Origin: an uncultured Candidatus Binatia bacterium | GTDB lineage: Bacteria > Desulfobacterota > Binatia > UBA9968 > CAXXLF01 | Length of the DNA stretch: 64,000 nt | NCBI GenBank assembly: GCA_965218425.1 | Contig: OZ244621.1 | Coordinates: forward strand, 1,856,001-1,920,000 | Direction of reading: 5' to 3' | In this document: positions 42,614-55,186 of the stretch, piece by piece | Layout: the number at the start of each line of letters is the position of its first letter | Numbering within the stretch: the first letter of the stretch is position 1 | Position numbers and translations under genes: made by a program | Notes under the pieces: generated by a model | The model's input: only the letters and a program-made list of their open reading frames with translations | What the model was told of the DNA's origin: nothing | Database searches by the model: none

Positions 42614-43996
42614 ATGCGTGTTACGCTGTTAGGTCATGCGGCTCTTCTGGTAAAAATGGGGCCGATGACGATCCTCATGGATCCGGTCCTTCAAGACCCT
42701 TTCGAAGACGGGATTGTCGTCTCTTGTCCCAAGAGAGAAATCGATGTCCAGCGACTTCCTCCTGTCGACGTCATCATTCTGTCGCATCGGCATCCAGATC
42801 ACTTTGATTTGCCTTCTCTGGACCGCCTCTCGAGGAATTGTCAGGTCTGCTGTCGAGTAGATCCACTGATCGCCCATGGTCTGAAGCGACTGGGGTTCCA
42901 GCACGTGACTTTCCTGGAGCCTGGCAAGCCGTTGACCCTGGGGGAAAAGAAGATCTTTCCCACTCAGTCCGAGAATCGAGACGTCCGGGAATGCGGCATT
43001 GTATTTCGGGATGAATCCGGGACGTTCTGGAACCAGGTCGATACTGGAATCTCTCCAGCCACGGTTCACACGGTGCTCGAGCGTTGCTCTACGGTGGATC
43101 TGCTGTTTGCCATGTACGCGAGTCAAAATTTTGCGTTCTTCGAAAGCCTTGATAAGTCTTACCCATGCGAAACTCATCGTCAGAATCTACAGAACGTTCT
43201 TATGATCCGTGCCAGGCTAACGGTGCCCGACTCCGCCGGCTTCAGGTTTTTTGGCGATCATGAATGGTTGAATCGCTTTCTATTTCCGATTTCCCGACAC
43301 CTCTTTCTAGATGATCTCAGAGCACTTGATGCGACGCTTGAGACGGCAATGTTGAATCCAGGCGACGTTGTGACATTAACGGGGGTGAGGTGAAGGTTCA
43401 ACAGGCCGCATCTCCATTTTGCAGGACTCTGGAAGATGACACCCATCAGATTGGTTTTAATCCGACCAACGCGATTCCCCCTTTGTATGACTCCAATCCA
43501 GATGGATACGATTCAGGTGAAATGAAACGTAACGTCTCTCAGGTCATTGAACAGGAGTTATTTAAGTACTGTTTGCGACATGCCCGAGACCGGCTACAGG
43601 TAGCGGGGAGGTACTTTGACTGTAAAGCCATATACGCACTCGAGGTTATCTTTTCGGATTTTAGTATCGAGTGAACTATCGACTTTAGCACTGATGCCGG
43701 TCCGGCTTTGCCGTACGAGAAATCCGCAAGCAAACGTCGTTCATCGAATCGCAGCATCGGCCCTCTATGGATGGATTCTGCGGCGCAAGAGCTTCTTCTA
43801 CGTTCGGGCGTACTCGCGCCGATTTACCGCGTCCCACAGAGTTTACCGAGATGATGCCGGAGCGCATGTGATCCCGGTCCAGCTCCCCGATCTATTGATT
43901 CACTACCTAATTTATGCTGCACAAGACTCATCTGATTCAGCTCTTCGGCGGATTGATTACGAGGTCATGCAGATGAAGCGGACATATTCCTCTTGA
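42614..43996 (+). pseudogene. MBL-fold metallo-hydrolase (UlaG-like), apparently split into three fragments
   Basis: LGHA, DP, SHRHPDH in 42614-43393; continuation in 43390-43674 and about 43700-43996 in other frames; in-frame TGA at 43672 in the context IE*TIDF. Confidence 0.6.
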
Positions 43997-44045
43997 CATG
44001 AAGTATGGGGCTTGCTAATAACAGTAGCAATTATTAATAAATTAA
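43993..44045 (+). promoter_or_regulatory. Putative katG promoter with AT-rich inverted repeats (candidate Fur/PerR site)
   Basis: TTGACA at 43993; TTGCTA-N7-TAGCAA at 44012-44030; palindrome TTATTAATAA at 44031-44040. Confidence 0.5.
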
Positions 44046-44091
44046 GTAAGGAATTACGATAACAAGCGACATTCCCCATTTCAAGCGGTAA

Positions 44092-46281
<2,190 letters not shown>

Positions 46282-46494
46282 TCTCAGCGAGGTGCTCGTA
46301 ACGGTCGTCCTCCCGTGCATCCGACAAGTTGAGGTAGTTGCAGACTGCAAAGGCATTAGTCCACAGATGCCGCTGTGGAATGTGGTCGGAGGCGCCACCA
46401 CCTACACCTACTGGGGCAAACCGACCTACTAGGGTACACCAACCTGTCCCAAGGCGAGATAATGGCTGATGCCCGGCTTAAGACCGCATCTCGC

Positions 46495-46770
46495 TTCGCC
46501 ACCGAGTTGCTGAAATTCCTGGGTGTGGATGAGGCCGTCTTTCTCAAAGTGGGGAACAAAGAAGCCGTCCGCGCTCGATTTGAAGAAGGTCGTAGCAGGG
46601 AAGATAAAATTAGCGCCGTACAGTACGTGAGATTCCCGGTTGGAAAAGACTTGGGTAAGGATTTTGCTGACAGAGAAAATGAAATAAAATTGGTAATGGA
46701 GCACCCGAATTGCCGGGCTGAGACGAAACTTGAACCGGACACCCGGCAGTCACTTGCAAAAGATATCTAG
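46495..46770 (+). pseudogene. C-terminal fragment of a DUF3501 family protein
   Basis: L.GVDE.VFL.VG...EGRS.EDKISAVQYVRF...HP.......L....R.SL..D; N-terminal half absent. Confidence 0.65.
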
Positions 46771-46784
46771 CCCTAGGAAAACCA

Positions 46785-47171
46785 ATGGAGAAAAGCGTCG
46801 GCAGAAATACCAAGCAGCTTGAAGTTGTGTGGCACGAGGTTGCCAACGACAGCTCCCATCCCACGGCTGACCAGATTTACGAACGGGTGCGTAGAAAAAT
46901 CCCCAACATCAGCCTGGGTACGGTCTATAGGAACCTCCAAAAGCTGGTGGCCGAGGGGAAACTCCAGGTGCTAACCCTGGGCCGGACCCAACATTTTGAT
47001 CCGTTAGTGGACCGGCACCAGCACTTCATTTGCGAGACCTGCGGGCGGGTGTACGACGTCTTTGTCGGTGCGTACGAAGAAATCCTACCCTCCTCCCTGC
47101 CTCGGGGAGGTTTCACCGTGACCTCTCATCAATTGGCATTCTTTGGCGAGTGCAAGATGTGTTCAGGATAG
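46785..47171 (+). CDS. Fur/PerR family transcriptional regulator
   Basis: HPTA..IY, ISLGTVYRNL, HQHFICETCG, C-terminal CxxC. Confidence 0.93.
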   Translation: MEKSVGRNTKQLEVVWHEVANDSSHPTADQIYERVRRKIPNISLGTVYRNLQKLVAEGKLQVLTLGRTQHFDPLVDRHQHFICETCGRVYDVFVGAYEEILPSSLPRGGFTVTSHQLAFFGECKMCSG

Positions 47172-47253
47172 AAAAATCACCGGGGACCATGGTTAACGCC
47201 CTTGTAGGGGAATTGGATCAGCACTAGACTCTTCCACCACGGAGGGGAACGCA

Positions 47254-47814
47254 ATGGGGGCCATTTACCTTCCCTTCGAGTCTCGCAGAAGGCTTCTAGA
47301 ATTTGCCCGTTTCGCTCTGGAAGGTGTTATTTACGGAACCAAAGGGCAATTGGGCCGGGTGGACGATCCCTATCTGCTGAGTTCCGAGTATGGTTCCTTT
47401 GTGACCTTGCACAAGAGGACAGAGCTGCGCGGTTGCGTAGGGACCTGTTTCCCCACGAGCCCCCTCCATGAGACCGTGGCGGAAATGACTCAAGCCGCCG
47501 CCACCCAGGACCATCGGTTTTCGCCCATCACAAAAGATGAAATTCACGAAATACGTATCGACATATCGGTTCTATCACACCTGGAACAGGCACCTGAGCC
47601 ACTCTCCCTGATCGTTGGAGAACATGGGATTTACGTGGCCCAGGGGGATAAGAGAGGAGTTTTACTCCCACAGGTGGCCACGGAATACGGTTGGGATGTA
47701 CGAACCTTCCTATGCCAGGTTTGCCTTAAAGCAGACCTGCCGCAAGACGCTTGGAGATCGAAGGATACTCAGGTATCAAGTTTTACTTCCTTGATCATTG
47801 AGGAGGGAAAATGA
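47254..47814 (+). CDS. AMMECR1-domain protein (AmmeMemoRadiSam protein A)
   Basis: FVTL....LRGCVG, AA..D.RF, ISVLS, G.HG, LLPQVA, C.KA. Confidence 0.9.
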   Translation: MGAIYLPFESRRRLLEFARFALEGVIYGTKGQLGRVDDPYLLSSEYGSFVTLHKRTELRGCVGTCFPTSPLHETVAEMTQAAATQDHRFSPITKDEIHEIRIDISVLSHLEQAPEPLSLIVGEHGIYVAQGDKRGVLLPQVATEYGWDVRTFLCQVCLKADLPQDAWRSKDTQVSSFTSLIIEEGK

Positions 47815-48662
47815 AACGGCGAGGATTTATCGGCTTGCTGTTGGGGATTTTCCTGCTGCCGCTAAGAGGTTTGGCTGAGGCCATCTGTAACCCGCATCTG
47901 GCTCGTCTGTTGGGGCGCCATCGCAAATTGGCCCAGGTCCGAGGCGGTGGGAGAGTTACGTCGAGGCGCTACTTTGTACAGTGGTTCGGCCATTCGAGTT
48001 TCCTCATTCATTCCGCTAACGGGGTCAGGATCGTCACGGATCCTAACTTTAATGTGACGCCCGGTATCAAGGCCGACGCTGTCACTGTGAGCAATGACCA
48101 TTACACCCATAACAACATCGGTGCAGTGGGTGGAGACCCCTTGATCCTCAGAGGGATAACGCTGGAGCAGACCTGGAACCCCATTAGTACTCGGGTGAAG
48201 GACATCCTGATCGTTAACCTGCCTAGCCAGCGCGGGTTCGAGTGGAGCCAAGTTGCGAACTCAATTTTCATTTACCAGATGGGGAGCCTCTGCGTCGCCC
48301 ACCTGGGGAACATCGGTCACCTTCTAACCCTGGAGCAGCGACGGTTGATGCGTAAGGTGGATGTGATGATGATCCCCATCGATGCCAGGTTGAATTTGGA
48401 CTTTGCGGATCTAGTGAGGGTCATCGAGCAGGTGAATCCCCCCGTAGTGATTCCCATGCATTATGACGATGTCGTCCAAGCGGAGATCTTCACCGAGTTT
48501 ATCGGGACGCGATACCCCGTTCGACATATGAACGTTTCTCAGCTGCAGTTAAGCCGAGCCACTCTTCCGAGGTCTACGGAGATTGTGGTTCTCGCGCACC
48601 CCAGTCCGGTTTATCCCTTCAGTGATCCGTGGTCTTCTCCGGATACCGACACAGAGAGTTAA
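47811..48662 (+). CDS. MBL-fold protein with predicted Tat signal peptide
   Basis: MKRRGFIG twin-arginine motif, WFGHSSF, TDP, HLG, IPMHY. Confidence 0.75.
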   Translation: MKRRGFIGLLLGIFLLPLRGLAEAICNPHLARLLGRHRKLAQVRGGGRVTSRRYFVQWFGHSSFLIHSANGVRIVTDPNFNVTPGIKADAVTVSNDHYTHNNIGAVGGDPLILRGITLEQTWNPISTRVKDILIVNLPSQRGFEWSQVANSIFIYQMGSLCVAHLGNIGHLLTLEQRRLMRKVDVMMIPIDARLNLDFADLVRVIEQVNPPVVIPMHYDDVVQAEIFTEFIGTRYPVRHMNVSQLQLSRATLPRSTEIVVLAHPSPVYPFSDPWSSPDTDTES

Positions 48663-49293
48663 TTGTGCATTCCGGGCAGCGTGGCCTCCTTGCCAGGCAA
48701 ACGCGCCTTCCGTGGTACTGAAGCAAATGGCAAAAGCGGACCCGCTCTTTTTCAGGTACCAGGTCCGCGAGGTCGGATTCAATCTTGTCTGGGTTGGTAT
48801 TTCGGGTAAGGCCGAGTCTCTGCGAGAGCCGCATCACATGGGTGTCCACTCCAATGGCCTGTCTCCCAAAGGCGTTGCCGAGCACGATGTTCGCGGTCTT
48901 TCTCCCTACCCCGGGTAGAGACGTAAGCTCGCCCAACTTGTCCGGTACTTTACCGGCAAACCGCTTCTCAATCTCTTGGCAGCAGTTTTGGATCATCCGG
49001 GCTTTATTACGATAGAAATTTATCTTGCGGACCTGTTGCTCGAATTCTGCCAAGGGAGTGTTCGCATAGTCCCTGGCCGCGCGAAACTTGGGGAAAATCC
49101 GGGCTGTGACCTGATTGACCAGGTCATCCCTGGCCTGGGCGGCCAGGATGAGCGCCACGAGGAGCTCCAGAGGATTGGAAAAGTTAAGATCCAACTTGGC
49201 GTCGGGATGAACCCGATTCAACTCGGCTATGATCCTTTTAAGGGGAACCTTTTTTCCCGGCGAGGCCGCCTTTTTTTTCTTCCCCGGTGCCAT
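48619..49293 (-). CDS. nth: Endonuclease III
   Basis: HhH LPGVGRKTAN, VDTHV, C-x6-C-x2-C-x5-C [4Fe-4S] motif. Confidence 0.93.
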   Translation of the reverse strand: MAPGKKKKAASPGKKVPLKRIIAELNRVHPDAKLDLNFSNPLELLVALILAAQARDDLVNQVTARIFPKFRAARDYANTPLAEFEQQVRKINFYRNKARMIQNCCQEIEKRFAGKVPDKLGELTSLPGVGRKTANIVLGNAFGRQAIGVDTHVMRLSQRLGLTRNTNPDKIESDLADLVPEKERVRFCHLLQYHGRRVCLARRPRCPECTINSLCRYPEKTTDH

Positions 49294-49352
49294 TTTCGTT
49301 TTAGGAAGGATTATGATAGCAGTAAGGACAGAATTTCAATAGGAGGAAATCT

Positions 49353-49799
49353 GTGGATTTAACCGAGCTGAAGAAGATGACGGCACCCAAACTGAGAGAG
49401 AAGGCCAAGGAAATACCGGACCTTCAAGGTGTGGTGGGGATGAAGAAGGACGAGTTGATTCAAGCCATCGCCAGGGCTGAAGGTATTGCCCTGGGAACTC
49501 AGGAAAAGGATGTCTCCATTGGCTCGGTGAAGCAGGAAATCCAGGAGTTAAAAAAACAAAAAGCGGAATCATTGGCCTCCCCTGAGGGCCGATCCAAGGT
49601 AAAGCGGATTCGCCGGAAGATTAAAAGGCTCAAGCGCCAAACCCGAATTCTGGCCCAAGTGGCCGCTCGCCAAAAGGCCGCAGTGGCAGCCAAGGCAGCC
49701 GCCGCCCCGCCGGCGCCAGAAACCCCTCCGGCTTCCGAAGCACCACCCACGTCAGAGGCCCCTCCAGCACCCGAGACGCCCCCCGCGCCGGCAGGTTAG
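49353..49799 (+). CDS. Small basic protein with Rho-N-like helical domain and Pro/Ala-rich tail
   Basis: LKKMT..KLRE.AK....GV.GMKKDELI pattern; AGGAGG RBS; basic coiled coil. Confidence 0.65.
   Translation: MDLTELKKMTAPKLREKAKEIPDLQGVVGMKKDELIQAIARAEGIALGTQEKDVSIGSVKQEIQELKKQKAESLASPEGRSKVKRIRRKIKRLKRQTRILAQVAARQKAAVAAKAAAAPPAPETPPASEAPPTSEAPPAPETPPAPAG
49700..49795 (+). repeat. Degenerate 18-nt coding tandem repeat
   Basis: Encodes APPAPETPPASEAPPTSEAPPAPETPPAPA. Confidence 0.7.
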
Positions 49800-50032
49800 T
49801 AGCCTAGCCGGATCGAAAATAACGCTCTCGCACCAAATCCAAAAGAAGCGCCTGCCGGAGAGGATGTGGGCGTGGGAGCCTGTCCCCAAGTGAGGAACGA
49901 GTTAAAAGTGCGGAGTAATGAGTGAGAAAAAACGTTAAGGCGACGGGGAAATCGGGGCTAGTGGAAATGAGAAGAAGAACCCCTCGCGCAAGGACGCCAA
50001 GGGAAACGCGCCAGGCGCAAAGCGCTAGGAGC

Positions 50033-50151
50033 AATTAACCGCAGATGGACGCAGACGGACACGGATTTGATTTCGGCCGAATGGGCCGAAAAATGCCCGA
50101 GGGGCATAAAAAATTGTATCTGCGTTAATCTGCGTGGGTCTGCGGTTAATT
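50033..50151. repeat. Palindromic REP/MITE-like element with 34-bp imperfect terminal inverted repeats
   Basis: AATTAACCGCAGA...TCTGCGGTTAATT (13 bp perfect, 26/34 overall), 9-nt periodic arms, two internal hairpins. Confidence 0.75.
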
Positions 50152-53100
50152 ATCCCCTATGGGGTGCGTTCTGTTTGCGGGGTAGCTTGCTGAGGACGGC
50201 CCCCAGGGGACCAATCTCCTCCGGTACACCGTTCCTGTAAGCAATTGCCATGTTGGAGTACGGAGAAACCCGAGGGCTTGGGGTCAGGATGCCCACAAGG
50301 TTCAGAGGGTCGGAAGAGGATACAATCAACGCCTCGTGATCCGGTTCCCCACGGCGAACGCTTCGCAGTGCCTCCACAGCCTCGGGCAAGGCAAATTGCT
50401 CGCCCACGAAACCATCGACAAAACGGCCCCCTCGAATCTCCCCTCGCGCTTCAAGACGACGATAAATTTGCAGTAGGGTTCGCCAAGGCGGTGTTCTTGA
50501 CTCGCGTGCCAATAGGTCTCGGAAAACTACGCCGTAGCGATAGAGAAGCTGGCGAGCCATCGTCTCGTTGACCCGTTCGGGGTCAACTCCTTCCATACCA
50601 CTCCTGCCACCTCTCCATAGAGACCAACGACCGGTGGGCATCAACCTTGTGGTGCTCCGTCCACCAGAGACGCCGCGCAGATGACGGGTCCTCTTTTGTC
50701 GTTTCACCTCAGGTGTGAGGAGGGTACGAAGGCCGGCGATCCCGTCCCCGGTTACTTGCCCCCGGGTCACCAGTTCCCAAAGGGCTGCTTCCGTCTGGGT
50801 CTTGAGCCGTCCAAGGTCTCGGGCAATGTCCAATAGAAACGATGCGCCGTTGTGTTGCAGATATTCTGCCACGTCCCGAGCGGTAGCGGACAGGCCTTCC
50901 ATCTTTGACCATCGGTTCCTGCCCGGTTCCATGAAGTAGTGCAGGTCCTCCCGCAGCACAAAGGCGATGGGCGCTATCCTTGTGGGGGCCCGCCGCCGAC
51001 CCTTCCTGGGTCTTAGGTCCAGCCGTGCGTCCGATTCAGCCATCTCAATTTCATTGTTTCGATGGCCCGCGGGACTGGCATTGAGTTTTAACTTTCCCCA
51101 GGTTACCACCCCCGCAAGACAGAGGTCTTCCAAGTCCGCGGGGTCGTATTGAGCAATCCGTGCAGGCAACACATGCTCCTCCCAGGCAGGCGCCGGCAAC
51201 TCTAGCCCCTGGAGTTGTTTGATGACTTGCAACACTCCTTCTCGACCATGGAGCCGTGATCCGGGTTCCACGTGTTGCCAACCGAGCAAGAAGCGAATGA
51301 AATCGGCGGCCGTGATGGGCTCAATCTCGCGGCGTAGTCGCCCTAGTGTAAGGCGATGAATTCGGGCGAGGAGGCGTCGATCGCACCATTCCACCTCCTG
51401 CTCTCCCCTTGCACCCGGGTTGAAGTGACCCTGTAACACGTTGCCGGAAGATTCTAAGGCGGCAAGGGCTAGTCTCGTTTCCGCAGGGGAGAGTCCCACC
51501 CGGCCTGCGAGGGATGTGGCGGTGGTAGGTCCTACTACCTCCATCCAACCTCGTACAACGTGGCAGATGGTCCCCTCTCGTGAGGGGAGGGCGGTCTCTC
51601 CCGCACTAAGTGCCGGAAGGTCAAGCTCAGGGTGAATTCGCATCTCGGGGAAGACCCTTCGAGCCATGCCGAGTCGCTCCGCTGCAACGTAACCTGAGCG
51701 TTCTTCTTTTCCTGGTTCGGGCCGCCATCGGGCCAGGGTGGCCCGGTGTGCGGCCATGAGTTCCTCTGCCAATCCTGGCCAATTGCGCGCTTCCTCCAAT
51801 GGCAAAATCCCGACGCTGAGTAGGAAATCGTGCAGTTCATCAAGGTCGCGGATATCAGGGCATGCTTCCTGGCGAACCTGATGGATGGCCTCCGGACTCA
51901 AAGCGCCAATTCCACGGGCCAGGTCTGGGTCTGTCCTTCTTAGGGCCACAGCCCGGGCCCGGCGCTCCTCTAAAGGGGCGTCATCGAGGAATGCATAGGG
52001 GTTGGCATTGAGGATCTCGTGGGCCATGGGGGAAGGAGCGGAAGTCTCCACCGCCACGGTGGATATCTGGCGCTGCTCTATTTTGCAGAGGACCTCGCAC
52101 AGACCCACCAGATCCATGGCCTCATGGAGGCAGTTTTGAATGGTTTCGTTGACCAAGGGATGATCTGGAAGCTCGATGGGACCGGTGCGGTTGTCTTGAC
52201 ACATGGCCTGTTGAGGAAAGACGGCCGCAAGCAAGTCCTCAGCACGCATACGTTGAATTGCCATGGGGACCCTTCGTCCCCCGCTAAATCTTAGTACCGC
52301 AAGGGCACGGGATGCGTTCCACCTCCACCGGCTGGTGAAGAGCGGGGCCGCAAGCATCGCTTGGACAAGATCCTTTTCTACGGTTGAAGGGAGGAGATAG
52401 GAAAAAATACTTTCTAGGGGAAAGGAGTGCTGCTCACCCAGGGACAGTACGATCCCGTCATCGGTGGCGGCCGCCTGAAGTTCAAAATCGAAAGTTATAC
52501 AGAAACGCTTCCGGAGTGCCAATCCCCAGGCCCGGTTGATTCGACCCCCCAGAGGGGTGTGGAGGATAAGCTGCATTCCCCCGGACTCATCGAAGAACCG
52601 CTCGGCCACGATGCAATCATTGGTGGGTACACAACCGAGCGCAGCCTGGGTTTCGCGGATATAGCCAACCACCTGATCCGCCCCTTCCTGGGGCAGACCT
52701 GTCTCTTGTTTTAACCAGCTAACGGCTTCAGGGACGTTATGATGTCGTAGCGCAACTTCCGATCGGAGTTCCGAAACCGCTTTAGAGAGTTCCGTGGTGC
52801 GCGCGGGCGCCTCGCCGAGCCAGAAGGGTATGGTTGGCGGGGCCCCATGGGCATCCTCCACCCATACTTTTCCAGACGCCACCCGCCTGATCTTCCAGGA
52901 TTTGTTGCCCAGGAGGAAGATATCGCCGGCAAGGCTCTCGACGGCAAAGTCTTCATTTACTTTGCCGACGAAGGTTTCCTGGGGGGCCTCGATGACGTCG
53001 TAGTCCGCGGTATCCGGAATGGCGCCGCCATTGGTAATGGCTGTGAGACGTGCTCCTCTGCGCGCTCGAAGTCGATTGTGGACACGGTCACGGTGAAGGT

Positions 53101-54571
53101 AGGCGCTTTTTCTCCCTCGGCGCGGTGCCACCCCCTCACAGAGGATCTCAAGGGTCTGTTCGAATTCCTCCCGAGTGAGATTGCGGTAGGGATAGGCCCT
53201 ACGCACCATGTGCCAGAGTTCGTCTTCAGTCATGGCGGAACTGCGGGACTGTTCTTCAACTAACGGAAGACTCCCTTGGGCACTGGTCTGGGGCAGGAGG
53301 GCGGCTACCGTGGCAACCATCTGCTGCGCCAGGACATCCAAGGGTTTGTCAGGGATCTTCAGCTGATCCAGATCGCCGCCCCGCACGGCACGGATGGCGG
53401 CAGCGCACTGCATCAAGTCATCGCGCGTTAATGGGTAGAGGATTCCCTTCGGGATGGCGCCTAGCCAATGCCCCGACCGTCCCACTCGCTGGAGGAGGGT
53501 CCCCAGGGCGCGTGGAGCGCCCAAGTGGCAGACCAGGTCCACGTGCCCGATATCGATGCCCAGTTCCAACGAGGCGGTGGCCACCACCACGGGGACCTCC
53601 CCTGCCTTCAACTTTTGCTCAGCCTCCAGGCGCGTCTTGCGAGACAGGCTGCCGTGATGCGCAGCCACCTTGCCTTCGCCCATTCGACTACTGAGCTGGT
53701 GAGAGACACGCTCCACCAGGCGCCTGGTGTTCACGAACACCAGGGTTGTCCGGTGGGCTCTCACCTGGCCTGTAATCCCATCGTAAACATCGGCCCAGAG
53801 TTCCTGGCTGGCAATGGGACCAAGCTCCTGATCGGGCAACTGGATGGATAATTCGAGGTCTCGCTTATGCCCCACGTCCACTATGGTGCAGGCGGTAGTG
53901 CCATCCGGTTCACGTCGACCGTTTCCCACCAGCAAGTTGGCCACCTCCTCGATTGGCTTTTGTGTGGCGCTTAGCCCCACCCGTTGAAGGCGGCGGCCCG
54001 CCAAGGCATCGAGACGCTCCAATGAAAGTGCGAGGTGAGCCCCTCTTTTATCGCCGGCCACCGCATGGATTTCGTCCACAATAACCGTCTCGGCGGTCTT
54101 CAAAATCTGCCGGCTTCGCTTGGCGGTGAGGAGTATATGAAATGATTCGGGTGTGGTAATTAGGATGTGGGGTGGGCGGCGGATCATTAGTTGCCGTTCC
54201 CGCGTGGGCGTGTCACCGGAGCGTACTGCCGCACGAATCTCGGGGAGATGGATACCCATGGTCTGCGCCAAGCCCATGATCTCGGAAAGCGGTTGCTGGA
54301 GGTTTTTTTGGATATCGTTTCCCAGCGCCTTTAGGGGGGAAATATAAACGACGCTGGTCATGTCATCGAGTCTGCCCCTTGCCCCACGGCGTACAAGCCG
54401 GTCAATGGACCACAGGAACGCCGCAAGGGTCTTCCCGGAACCCGTAGGCGCCGCAATGAGCGTGTCATTGGATTGCGAGATATGCCTCCAGCCGTTTTCC
54501 TGCGCAGCCGTGGGATTACCAAAGCGACCACGGAACCACTGCCATACCACAGGATGAAATTGAGCGTTCAA
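50150..54571 (-). CDS. lhr: Lhr-family DEAD/DEAH-box helicase (long form)
   Basis: APTGSGKT, TTPES, DEIH, SAT, HHGSL, SLELGID, QRVGRSGH, Lhr-type C-terminal domains (RYGVV.R, G.FV.G..GEQFA). Confidence 0.92.
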   Translation of the reverse strand: MNAQFHPVVWQWFRGRFGNPTAAQENGWRHISQSNDTLIAAPTGSGKTLAAFLWSIDRLVRRGARGRLDDMTSVVYISPLKALGNDIQKNLQQPLSEIMGLAQTMGIHLPEIRAAVRSGDTPTRERQLMIRRPPHILITTPESFHILLTAKRSRQILKTAETVIVDEIHAVAGDKRGAHLALSLERLDALAGRRLQRVGLSATQKPIEEVANLLVGNGRREPDGTTACTIVDVGHKRDLELSIQLPDQELGPIASQELWADVYDGITGQVRAHRTTLVFVNTRRLVERVSHQLSSRMGEGKVAAHHGSLSRKTRLEAEQKLKAGEVPVVVATASLELGIDIGHVDLVCHLGAPRALGTLLQRVGRSGHWLGAIPKGILYPLTRDDLMQCAAAIRAVRGGDLDQLKIPDKPLDVLAQQMVATVAALLPQTSAQGSLPLVEEQSRSSAMTEDELWHMVRRAYPYRNLTREEFEQTLEILCEGVAPRRGRKSAYLHRDRVHNRLRARRGARLTAITNGGAIPDTADYDVIEAPQETFVGKVNEDFAVESLAGDIFLLGNKSWKIRRVASGKVWVEDAHGAPPTIPFWLGEAPARTTELSKAVSELRSEVALRHHNVPEAVSWLKQETGLPQEGADQVVGYIRETQAALGCVPTNDCIVAERFFDESGGMQLILHTPLGGRINRAWGLALRKRFCITFDFELQAAATDDGIVLSLGEQHSFPLESIFSYLLPSTVEKDLVQAMLAAPLFTSRWRWNASRALAVLRFSGGRRVPMAIQRMRAEDLLAAVFPQQAMCQDNRTGPIELPDHPLVNETIQNCLHEAMDLVGLCEVLCKIEQRQISTVAVETSAPSPMAHEILNANPYAFLDDAPLEERRARAVALRRTDPDLARGIGALSPEAIHQVRQEACPDIRDLDELHDFLLSVGILPLEEARNWPGLAEELMAAHRATLARWRPEPGKEERSGYVAAERLGMARRVFPEMRIHPELDLPALSAGETALPSREGTICHVVRGWMEVVGPTTATSLAGRVGLSPAETRLALAALESSGNVLQGHFNPGARGEQEVEWCDRRLLARIHRLTLGRLRREIEPITAADFIRFLLGWQHVEPGSRLHGREGVLQVIKQLQGLELPAPAWEEHVLPARIAQYDPADLEDLCLAGVVTWGKLKLNASPAGHRNNEIEMAESDARLDLRPRKGRRRAPTRIAPIAFVLREDLHYFMEPGRNRWSKMEGLSATARDVAEYLQHNGASFLLDIARDLGRLKTQTEAALWELVTRGQVTGDGIAGLRTLLTPEVKRQKRTRHLRGVSGGRSTTRLMPTGRWSLWRGGRSGMEGVDPERVNETMARQLLYRYGVVFRDLLARESRTPPWRTLLQIYRRLEARGEIRGGRFVDGFVGEQFALPEAVEALRSVRRGEPDHEALIVSSSDPLNLVGILTPSPRVSPYSNMAIAYRNGVPEEIGPLGAVLSKLPRKQNAPHRG

Positions 54572-54625
54572 TGGGTTACCCTTGTTAGATCAATTCTATA
54601 AGCTCGCTTTTATTTGAGATCTATC

Positions 54626-55177
54626 ATGCAGCTTGTCTTTACGCCGCAAATGAAAAAGCGCCTGACCCCCAGGGTCATGCGTATGCTGGGAACCTCTTTG
54701 CGGGAGTTTCCCGAGCTTGAGGGGAAGACCCTCACCGTAGGATACACCCGGAGCTACCTGGGCGCCGCGTTTACTCCCGCCCGAGTGGGCGTCAATGCCC
54801 CAATGGGGATCCGGCTAAGATCCCGCAACCTTGCATACAATACCATAGGTCATGAGTTGACTCACCTGGTGCAGGGGTTATCCCAGGTCCCTCACAATAG
54901 AACCAGTCGCCCGGTAGCAAATATACCTGGAGGAGAGAAACAGTGCGACATCTGGACCCTGGCTCGCAGTGAGCTCTTTTGTGACGATGCGCCCACGTAT
55001 ATCAGGCTGCCGCGGGTGGTGCGGGAAAACTGGCCACGGTACGCCGGGTCCATCCGGTTCCTTTGCATCGCCGCGATCGAAAAGCGCCGAACCCATCGCT
55101 TTTATATCCGTTGGCTGGAGGAACAAATTCGTCGGCTCTCTCGTGGGACGACTCCAGAGGTTGATCTTAGCCGGTAG
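54626..55177 (+). CDS. Hypothetical zincin-like (HExxH) protein
   Basis: NTIGHELTHLVQ with a downstream E..CD candidate third ligand. Confidence 0.6.
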   Translation: MQLVFTPQMKKRLTPRVMRMLGTSLREFPELEGKTLTVGYTRSYLGAAFTPARVGVNAPMGIRLRSRNLAYNTIGHELTHLVQGLSQVPHNRTSRPVANIPGGEKQCDIWTLARSELFCDDAPTYIRLPRVVRENWPRYAGSIRFLCIAAIEKRRTHRFYIRWLEEQIRRLSRGTTPEVDLSR

Positions 55178-55186
55178 GTTTCGTTT

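Noticed and set aside
43672..43674. TGA as selenocysteine or recoded Trp
   Set aside because: Flanked by frameshifts, no evident SECIS, and TGA ends many intact genes in the window
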